Shown: positions 21,592-32,500 of the stretch, in pieces
Position numbering within the stretch: position 1 is the stretch's first letter
How the letters are laid out: each line of letters starts with the position of its first letter
Source of the DNA: Flectonema sp. DT1601
Lineage: Eukaryota
Length of the DNA stretch: 64,000 nt
Reading direction: 5' to 3'
Assembly: GCA_964019425.1 (NCBI GenBank)
Contig: OZ025793.1
Span: forward strand, 744,001-808,000
The notes under the pieces: model-generated
What the model was told of the DNA's origin: nothing
Databases searched by the model: none
Seen by the model: the letters and a program-made list of their open reading frames with translations, nothing else
Translations under genes and position numbers: made by a program

Positions 21592-24500
21592 ATGTGGTTT
21601 GCGGTGTTCTTGCACACACTTATTGTAGTTTCAGAAGTTCTCTCTGAATGTAATGGAAATGATAAGTTACATCACAGTGTTGTTGGAGTAGAACCGTTGT
21701 TTTGGAAAACCCCTTCACAAGTAGAAGCAGCAACATCACCAGTTGTTGTTTATCAAAGTCCTGTACTGTTAGATGAAAAGATTGAGAAGCTTTCTATAAA
21801 AGTCATAATTGCTAACGATATGACTTACACATGTGAATCTGAGAACCAGAAAGTTACTTACTACGATGGGCAATCTAAAGTAATTTGTAACAAAACAGAA
21901 CTGTTCACTATCGACAGACGACTAGCCCTCCGAGCTGCAGCAGAAGCAGCCATAAGCGAGGTATCATCACTACTGACACCTTTACTATCGAATGATGAGC
22001 TTACTACATTAACCATTGATTCGGGTGTGAAATGTTCATTGGGAGGTTCTGCGATCCCATTTTCTTTTACAGTTCCTCCTCTCGGGTATGCCGATACTCA
22101 TTTTATTTTATACATGACCAGCACTCCAATAAGAAATTTACCCAAAACTCATGCTGTGGGATGGCCTTGTCAATTTGCTCAACACACCCATCGACCAGTT
22201 GCTGGTATTATAAATTATGCTCCAAACATGATCGGGTCTGTAACTGCGGAATATACAAAGAAAGTTATTATTCACGAATTAATGCATGCGTTGGGTTGGC
22301 ATCCAAGTCTTGGACAACCATCTAACTCTGATAAAGAAACAGGCAATACATATTATAACAATTGGAGTCCAGCTGTGAGTAGTACTGGAAAGGCTATTCA
22401 ATTCCCAAGGAAAAGACTTTATCAGTCTGTTTATCAACTTAAAGACAGAAGTACTGTAAGTACAGCATTTAACTTTGCTACAGAAGGCAGCTCATCGGTA
22501 CCTGCAAGGCAGACTGTTGTAAGAACCCCAGCTGTATTGGAGGTGGCAAGAAATCATTTTGCGTGTGATAATATCACTGGTGTTGAAATTGAGGATCACA
22601 CGTTTGGAAGGACACCCCCCTCATCATACTTTGTTGGATGGGAAAAACGACTTATCAACGGAGAGATAATGAACAATAGAATTGAGGAAGACTCAATCAT
22701 ATCAAAGTTCACACTCGCAATGCTTCAAGATATTGGTTACTATAATTTAACTCTCTCTGGTCTTAACATTGACTCTCCACATTACGGGAGAGGTGCCGGG
22801 TGTCACTTTCTTAATACCAGCTGTCAACTTTGGCATACGACACCTCAAACTCAGCAAATGTCGTGTTTTCCCGAATTCCGCGCTCCAGCTTGTGCCTACG
22901 ATGCGTCTCCGTCTGCTTGTCTGACTCGTTGTCAGGATGAAGATCGGAGGTCGGTTTTTGCTTGTTCTGGTCAGTTACTCCCAACAGGTATGTTATACTT
23001 CACATAAACAATCTGACTATGGTAGTCGTTGTTTGGTCAAATCATTTCAACAATTCAACGATTGAAAACAAAACAGGAACACGCGTACCAATACAATACG
23101 TCTCACGTGACACGTATAAAGTTCATGACTTGTACCAATCAATGGAAGAGGCACAGATGTACGGTGGTTGTGATGAATTAATGGATCATTGTTACACATG
23201 GAGGAAGAATAGAACATGTTTAATTAAAAGGGCAAGAGATTCTAATTGTTGGAATACATCTTGTCCTATTTATGAACAGCTGGGTCTAGAGAGTAGTTGT
23301 TACGATGGTGATATTCGTCAAAAGTGGGCTGACGACACTCCAATAAATAAGTTTACGACTTCTGCACACTGCCTGCCGACAACATGTACAACAAATCTCT
23401 TTGCAATGCAGTCTGTTGATATTTCTCTTGGTTCTGGTACCGTTTCCTGTAGTCGGTTAGGTGAAAGTGTTGGTCCTGGCGACACTCCAAAAGATTTTTC
23501 AAAGTTTATGACGTACTCACCAAAGGAACATTCTGGCATCGTTGGGAAGCTAACATGCCCTGATCCGAAAGTATGTAATTACACTCATCTGACATTGAGA
23601 GTAGCCGTCAGTTTCCATATTCCTCCGTCAGTATTATTATCTATCTGTGTTATTGTTTCTACATTATCAAAACAGGTTGTCTGTGCAGGGGGTGACGTTT
23701 ATCCTCCATTTACTCCTCCACTGTTCAATGCTCCTTATTATCAAGTTCAGGATGTGGGAGGGTCACCAATGGATACAGAACGACCAGTAGCATTACACGT
23801 CACAAGAGTTCGAATAAATGGAATGAGTCCTTGTGTTAGTAGAAGACAAGTAGGTGAATGCGCAATACCAATTTGGCCACAAAGTAGAATTCGTATTGAT
23901 ATCGATGGAGGTCCATTTGTTGAGTACGTTATCGACAAGATCTTCGTAAGCTTTGGAAGAGACAAACAGTGCTCTTGGGGAGGAGTAGTTGACGCTCCTT
24001 TCATAGGAACTCAATTTCATCGTCAGAGGGCAATTTATTCTGAAACCCTTCCATGGTGGGTTACAGCTGATCAACCTGCCTACCTCTGCGTTCACCTTCA
24101 CAACTCGTTAAATGGAATTATACTTTATACCAACATACCAGTAGTCGTATTTCGCGTTCAGCCAATGGGAACATTCAGCGCGCTGAAACCCGTCGTACCT
24201 GCGGAGGACTTATTTGGTAATTTGCCGAGAGTTGTCAGGTATGTCGTGAACTTCAATTTTTGAGAAATTTCAATTGGCGCACTTGAATTAATGGTTGCGG
24301 GAATTCTTTTAGTCTTCCTCTTAAGTCACAAAACAAACAGTCTCGGTAGTCCTGTTGCCCTCGTTATGTCAAATTGGGGTGGTTGGAGATCAATTCCGGA
24401 GTTCAGCGAATTTAAAATTTTTTACTCATTTGCTGCTGTGAATGGTCGAACAGGAAGGAAAATGTTACTCAGCACGCTTACTAGAAACATCACTACTGTT

Positions 24501-27500
24501 ACTTACATGCTTCCTGAAGGTACTAATGAAGTTGAGGGAAGAGTTCATTTGTATTTAGGAAAAGACATGTCTGATTGGTTTGTTACGAATCGATTGCAGG
24601 TAACCATCTCATCGATGGGAGACGTTGAGGCTGAGTCACTTGAAGTAGTTGTTAATAATATTTACTCAGATGTTAATACAAATATTGGTGTGGCTGCAGC
24701 TTCTGGTATTGGCGATTCATCAGAACTCGTTTCTGAAGCATTCTCATCACTAGATAACATGATTGATATTGTTAGTAAAGCTGATCAAATTCTGGGTTCT
24801 CACAGAAGGATTCGAATCCTGTCAAACACGACGGGACTTCGAAATGATATTTCTGTTTCAACTGGTGTCGCTGGATTGGCTCAGAATCTAGTTGATGGTC
24901 TTACTGCTATTCAGGATGTAAGTGTTTCATCAGCTTCGTCTACTTATTCACAAGTTAGTTATTATCCAGAACGATTAGAATCCTTCGCACAAGATACATC
25001 TCTGAGCTCACTCTCAACACTTTGCGTTAAGATGAGTGCTCCTACTCCAGCAGGCGATGTTACGACAGTTTCAAATTCTGAGGTTTGCTTTACTAATTTT
25101 TTAGTCCTTTTTTTTCATTTTTTTGGTCAAAGGTAGACTACTAAATGTAAAATAAACAGCTTTCCCCACTCCTTGGTGCCGTAGACAACATAATTGTAGC
25201 CTCTCAGGTATCCGACAGGAGAAACGCAGGTAGCCGAGCTATTGACAAGCTTGAAGCCGAGACAAAGAAACTCACAAATGAGAAGGTGCGTTTGACACTT
25301 CAAAATGCTGCGAACTTTATTAGAAGAAATCTGAAGATTCAGAAGCAAACAGAAGGAGCAACTCTTGACAGCGTTAATAACGCAACATATTCTCATTCAA
25401 CGAGAGCTTTCACAATGGTATCTGCTGACATCAGTGAATTGATTTCTAACATAACAGATGGTAACTCAAATCATCGTTCAGTAAGTGTTTTATCACAAGT
25501 CAGATCATCTTTGTGGAACACCAATCAGGATGTTGATATTTCTTTTATTGCAACAAATCAGAGAACTGTTTCTATATTATCAAACAGCAGTAATTTCAGT
25601 ACGGCAACCATAACCAGCATCGATCGATCAATCTATTCAGAACTAAACCAAGAAGGATTAATTTCAGATATAATTTCAACATCAGTGGAGCAGTCTGATG
25701 GAGTTGGGACTTCGAATATCAGCGACGTCGGTGAATTTGAAATGACTTTTAACGTAAACTCAGAAGCAGCCTACTACCCTACACTTGCTGAATGTCAATG
25801 CAGCGATGCCACAGAATGTAATCCGCCGTTAATGAAGCGGCAGTTACTCAAACGCAGGAACCCAGAAACTAGTTCTTGGGAAACAATAATAGATCCTTTA
25901 AATATAAATATCTCAGAGTATTGTGAAGCCTTATCAAGCGGTGTTGGATCTGGTTGGAGGGCACACGTATTATCAAAAACAATGAACAAAGCAGTCACAA
26001 AACAAGTTCAAGTCTCACAATTATCAGAACTCCTACTGAGAGATGAAACTGGTGCCACACTAACGGCATTCACACTTACCAATCCAAAAGGTTCAAACAC
26101 AGTCGGAGAGTTAGCATCAAATGCTGGTGATGCAAATATTGCAACGCAGTGGGTTGATTACAATGAGAAGCCGTTACTGATCAGCTTTAGCTCACCAATT
26201 ATAGTGTCTTCTTATAGTTTTATGATATCACTCACTACACCAGAACAAGACCCTTCACAGTGGACATTCAGCTGTTCTAATGAAACTGTTTGGGAAATAC
26301 TACACGGTTATACCGGTAGGCAGTCATATAACTTTAAGCAAATTTATTTCCATGAGCCCCTTTCAGGTTATAGGTATCGCTGGTTTTCAATAAACTCTCC
26401 GAGGGCTTGCAGTACTTATAGGTTGGAAATTTTGAAGCAAAAAAGTGACATCATCAAAACACGAACCCCGTTGGTTGGGGAGATGGCAGCGTTCTTAGTG
26501 TCGGAGGTTATTCCTTCACTTAACACGAAACAGTTCATACCGGGGAATTGGAAGGCAAGTTTTGAAAATATTAACGCAGTTGGGATACGTGTGATTATTG
26601 TGTATGCAATGTTCTACTTGGTATTCTTCTTAGCACTACTAAGAGGATATAAGTTAGACGCAAGAGATGAAAAGAATCTAAGCGAGAGAGTATCAATCAA
26701 GGAAGAAGGACTGAGTGCCGGTGAAACTTGGATTCCAAACGGCGGGGCAATTGGAATCCATGACCCTGAGAGTCCTATTCACAGTAAGAAATCTTTATCA
26801 AAATCTGTAATGTCATTAGATGAAACAGATGAGAAAGAGGACAACTGTTGGACTACTATCTGCGATAAGTTTAGATCGATCGCCTCTGAAATGCGTCAGC
26901 ACACGTGGTTTGCAATTCTCTTCAGAGAACCTCGTAGTTCTTACACCAGAGTACAACGTCTTACTGTGTTGTTCACGTTTATGATTACAGCTTTGTTTGT
27001 TTCTGTCTTGTTCTTCGGTCGCAGTAACACGACTCCAATTAAATTAGTTTCGGCAGCTTTGATTGCATCTGCTACGATGGCACCAACGACAGTCCTCCTG
27101 CGACTTTGCTTCCAAAGAAGTCAAAGGGCGTCACCAAAGTACGAAATTGTCGGTGAAGATGACTTAAGAGGTAGTCCTATTTTGGGTGAGTTGTCAATCT
27201 TTGTACAGGAAGTACAGGGACTTCCTTTGTGTGATAGAAACATGTCTTGTGATCCTTATTGTATAACACGTTGGGAAAATAAGAAATTTCAAAGCCAAAC
27301 CGCCTGGGAAGCCTGGAACCCAGTGTGGGCAATGGATGAGAACCTCGTCCGTTTCCCTGTTCGCGATGAACTCGGAATTATAAGATTTTCACTTCATGAT
27401 GATGATGGTGATGCTAATATCCTTCCCCGAAAGTTAGGTCAAATGAGAGTCTTCATGAACTCTATCACTCCACACTTAGTTGATAATGGAATAAATAACA

Positions 27501-28783
27501 CGAGTTATATCAGTGCTTGGTATCCTTTACGAATTCATCAAAATGTAAGATCAGCTTTACCATTTGGTGTAACATCTCGTCTTAAGATAATAATTGAATA
27601 CACGAGATATGCTGAACCTATAAAAGTATCAATTGATCAGCAGCTGGTCATTGACGACATCAGAGCTTCAGCGAGCAGTAAAATGAAAGCTGAGTGGGCA
27701 CTGGAAGGGCTGTCATGTAAAGAAGGTAACGAAGGTGATGACGGATCGGAATACGACGACGAAGAAGATATTTGCCTCTCAAAACCAGATGAGGAAGCAC
27801 CCATTGACGACTCTCAACTATCCCTTTTGGAAAGACTGCGTGCTCATAAGATTCGCTACGCAGTAAATTGTATCTTGGTCGTGGGGTTGCATGTTATCGG
27901 TTTCGTCTTTTCCGAGAAATCCAACCGAAAAAGTTTAATCTTTGCTTATATAATCAGTAGTGTTCTGCACTTACTGGCTATCCCATTCCTAGCAATTGGT
28001 CAAGTAATTCTGAGCTGTCTCGCTTTTCTCGTAATCTCAACAGTTTTTGTTGAGAATTATATGATTGGAATATTAGTAACGATTGCGTTGATCACTGTGG
28101 TGTTGTCGGTAAGTCTTCGAAATGTGCATGTTGTGGCTTCGTCGATTACTATAGTTTTTGGTACAACTGCACTACAGGCTGTGTTTATACAAATAAGTGA
28201 GAATCCTCCTTGGACAGTCGAAGTGTTAGCCTCTGGAGTTATAGTTACCGGTGGGATTCTAGTAACGTACGCTGTGGATTACAAACGTGGTAGACCGTTT
28301 GTATCTCTGTTTCTGTATTCTTTTTTTTACAGCGGTGTTGTTGCAATAGTTCTTAACGTTGTTGACTGGGATGGAAAGGCTGTCGCTCTTTCGACAGGAC
28401 TGTACCTCCCTCTTGGATTACTTGCGGTGTCCCTTTGCGCAATTATTGCACTTAAAAAGGCTTTGCGTGGACCGATTTTTCCAAACCGTCTCCCTCCCTA
28501 CTTCGTTACAGTTGGGTACGCATTAGCAGTCTTTATTCATATTGTCACTGCATTCTTTTCTTTTGTATATCTACTCGATATTTCTGATGAGAAGTCTCTG
28601 AACCCAATCTTTAATGGAACTCTGTGGACCTACTGGCAGGACATGTTTGTCAACGAACCGCTCAAAATAATGTTTTTGAGTCAACTAGGCCCCGTATTCA
28701 AAACTGTGATGAAGGGTGGCTTCGCGACAGTAATGAAGCTCACCCTTGAGTATTGTGGTTTGAAGGCATTACTTAATAATTGA
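21592..28783 (+). CDS. Leishmanolysin(M8)-polycystin-1-like-C2 multi-pass membrane protein, join(21592..22987,23077..23570,23676..24238,24341..25082,25160..28783), ~2272 aa
   Basis: Signal peptide MWFAVFLHTLIVVSEVLS. M8 motifs RPVAGIINY, HELMHALG, ARNHFACDNITGVEIED, EIM, ISKFTLAMLQDIGYY, GRGAGCHFL. Four GT-AG introns join four ORFs in frame. PKD1-like HTWFAILFREPRSSYTRVQRL. C2 domain (VQEVQGLPLCDRNMSCDPYC...WNPVW...FSLHDDD). Many TM helices. Confidence 0.8.
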
Positions 28784-29519
28784 GAGTTGTCCTTTTTGAA
28801 GACATTTACACGTGTATTAGGCTGTTCGCATTTACATTTGTTCAGTTTTTTCTATTCGGCATTCTTGCTGAAATCGCTCCGTTCAGTTTCGATGGGCTTC
28901 GTTTCCAATTTCTAATTTCTTTTTTTTGTTTTCAGTACAGACAACCTGATGAGGAGGACCCAACCGATTCATATCAAAGAGATCATGTTGTGTCGTCATT
29001 TTCTGAAAATCTTGCAGCATACACATGCATCTTTGTACCGAAAACACATGGGGTGCTCAATTTGTTGGTCCAGCAAGCGGAGAAGGTTTCGCGGCTGATT
29101 GAGAGGGACGTAAACAAAGTTACGGAGGATGGGAAATTTGCAGTTTTCGTCGCTTCTATGGTTCACCCGTGTTTTTTTATTTCCCAGCATAGCACCATTG
29201 TAAAATAAAATACCGCTGCCCTGACATTTATGCCTTCTCCCACTTCCTCTTGTAGCCTTCCCTTTTCAGTTTGCCCTCCAGCTTGTATTTTCAGACACCA
29301 GAGAAGATTTGTTCAACACCAACGCTGACATAGAAACCCGCACTGGAGATACCCGTCAGACTCACTTCGCTATTCTATTATGTCATCTTCTTTTTCATCA
29401 CTTTCTCCCCTTCCTGTTTCTTTTCATTCCAACGACAGTAATGATTACCAGTCGTAATTTATACATTTGTACTTTTTTTTTTTTCCTTAAAAAAGGTAGG
29501 GTAGGTGAGAGAATCCATC

Positions 29520-32500
29520 ATGTCGGACCCGAACAACGATTCTCTTCCGGAAGACATTGGTCAGCTGAGATGTGTTATAAATTCGATGAAAACGACATCT
29601 GATGATCCAAGCAAATTGATAGGCGGACGAACAACTCTCTACGTCGCTGCTAAGATGGGTTTTCTTGAGTTGATGAAAAGTATCTGTGAGGAAATGCAGA
29701 CTCCATCATCTTTAATTAACATGCCAATGCCAAAGAGTGAATCCACGTCAATGCATGCGTGTTGCTTTAATAAGCATGTTGATTGTGTGTTGTATTTATT
29801 AGAAATAGGTGGTGATTGTAATGTTGCAAATAATTATAAAGAAACACCTTTCTTAAATGCTCTTCAAGGAGGAAGTCAGCAGGTCCTTGGTAGAATACTT
29901 CCTCATGTTAGTAAAAGTAACTTTGAAAAATCAACTGAGTTGCTGGACTTCACGAGTCACTTGTTCGGTGGGAAGTCCATGGCTTATATCTTGGCGAGAG
30001 GAGGTCACACTGATTTTCTTCGGCTAATCACAGAGAGAGCCGTCAATGATGTTTTTGTACAGAATAATTCAACTAAAAAACATAACAATCTCATGCAATT
30101 ATTAGACAGTAAGTCTGATGACAATGCTGCTGCTACTCCTCTTCATGGTGCTGCTTTCAATGGACATACGGGATGTTGTGAACTATTACTACATCACGGG
30201 TGTATTCCAGATGAAATAAACGGTCTTGGAGAATCACCTCTCACTAATGCTATTCAGGGAAACCATTGCGACATCGTGTTGATGTTGTTACCCTTAACAT
30301 CTCTTACAGTTATTGGTCAGACACTTCCATTTCTTGAAGGAGATCCGGATGTACCTATTTCTACTAAGGGTGTGTTATTATGTTCTTCTCGAAAACTAAA
30401 GTGAAGGAGGAGTTTTAAAAAAAAAAAAAACAGGTCGGACGCTAACCCATATTGCAGCCATGACTGGGAGACTAGACGTTGTCGAACACGCGATCCACAA
30501 TTGGGGTGCATCAGCTTCTGCTGTCGACGATGAAGGAAACACTGGTCTTCATCTGTCTGCACAAAATGACAACACCAAAGTGATGCATTATTTTTTAGGA
30601 AAAATGACTCGTGAACAAGCCGTGGCTAAGAATCACAAGCAGGAAACAGCTCTCATGCATTTTATAAAAAGCCCAGAGAAAGAAATATTTCCGGAAGAGG
30701 CGAAAAGTGTTAAGAAAATACTAGCCAAACATCATAGCAAGAATATTGACAGCATACTGGAGATTCTTTCAGAATTTTTGAGTAATTCGACGTCGCAGTG
30801 TGATAAGAAAACAGATTTTGTTCCGATCACATTTCCTACTCCAATAGATGATGACATAAATGCCTTTGACAGACAATCTTATGATTTTTTGGAAGATTTC
30901 TCTCCTGAAGATGATAAAGTCGACTCTATAACACCCTGGCTTCATTGGGACACTAGTCCACTTAAAAGCCATCCATTTTCTCAGCTCTCTGAACCTTTTA
31001 AACTGACCAAAATAAGAACTGAATGTGAACAATGTTGTAAACGTATTCATAGTGATATAAGTGAGTTTAAAAGTTCTTTATTTGGGACATTTGTTAAAGC
31101 TAAAATAAAAGATTGGATTTTAGCGTTAATTGCATGCGATTCTCAAGTTGCCTTTGAGAGAATCGTTACGATCTGTTTGTACACTAGTCCGACATTTCAT
31201 CCAAAAAGTAATTTAAGCTTATCTATGATTCAGGCAGGGGCAGGTCAATCAATAAGTGAATCGGCTGAGTATCCTCATGCGTGTAAGTGTAAAGTATTGC
31301 AGCTATTCATTTATAAGTTAACTGGTGCTATTGATAGCTTACCGAAAGACCATAGATACGGATATCGTGGAGAGAGCTCAACTGAAACAACTAAATTAGA
31401 CTCCGGGTCGGTTTTACTGTATCATAACTTCGCATCTGCAAGTACCAATCCAAGTGTTGCAAAAATGTTTGGTAGTACAGGTGTGTTAATGTGTTTAGTG
31501 TCAAGTTCAGCACCTGTTATAAAACCGTTTTCTTCGTTGCAGCATGAAGAAGAATTTTTATTCAGACCAAACTGTCGGCTTCGGATTCAATGGAAATTGT
31601 CATCATCTTTACTACGAATGCTTTCATGTAGTTTTGACGTACTTGTTCTTTATGAGATAAATCCTCTCTTAAGTTCAACAGGTCAGTCTAAGTGGAAAAC
31701 TGTTCAAACTATTTTACAATCAATCCGAGACGTCAGCTGCTCCGTTAGTGATGTTGTCTTTAAAGACTTCTTAAAAGAATATATCGAAGCGAAATTAGAC
31801 ACCGAAACTGCATCCTCTGTTGGGTTGTATGAATTGCTAAAGCAATGGATAACATCAAGTGACTTCAACCCTATTGTTATTGAAGGTACACCTGGTAGTG
31901 GTAAGACAAGTGCTGGAATCGCTGCAGTTCAATTCCTGGCCTCGCATAAAATTGAGGTAAAAGAAAAAGTTGAAAGCCTGGGATGGGGAAGTCCGTTTGG
32001 ATTCTTCAGCACTCATCCCTCTAACAGCATCACCGAAGTCGCTGATAATCGAGAAATATTTCCAATTTTCATTCCGTTACCGAAAGTTAGAGATTTGTTT
32101 TCTGAAAATGCGATTGACAATTACATCCTAAATACCTACCTGGCGATTAATGAATTTGTTTCGACGGATGAAGACACTGAAAAAGTAATTAATTGGCTCC
32201 TAAAAACCTATAAAATGGTTGTTATCCTTGACAGTCTGGATGAAATTATGATATCCTTAAGCGTCATGAGCAAGAGCTCATTAAATTTGGTAAAATTGAA
32301 TTCATTCTTATCAAAATGTAGAATTTTATTAACGACAAGGTCATCATTTATTGAACGACACGCGACCAAACCAACTGATTTTCTCGGAAAGTCAACCAAC
32401 GGTTACTGTCTTAGACCGTTTTCAACAGATGAAAAAGAGAGATACATTGAGAATAAGTATGCCTTCAGAGCAAAATCATGGCTTAAACAAAATAATTTAT

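Noticed and set aside
21526..25136. Three separate genes as listed in the ORF track (493, 433, 281 aa)
   Set aside because: Their ends coincide with GT-AG introns whose phases join them to the 1165-aa ORF.
29505..30404. Stand-alone ankyrin protein
   Set aside because: Intron 30370-30433 joins it in frame to the downstream ORF and completes an ankyrin repeat.
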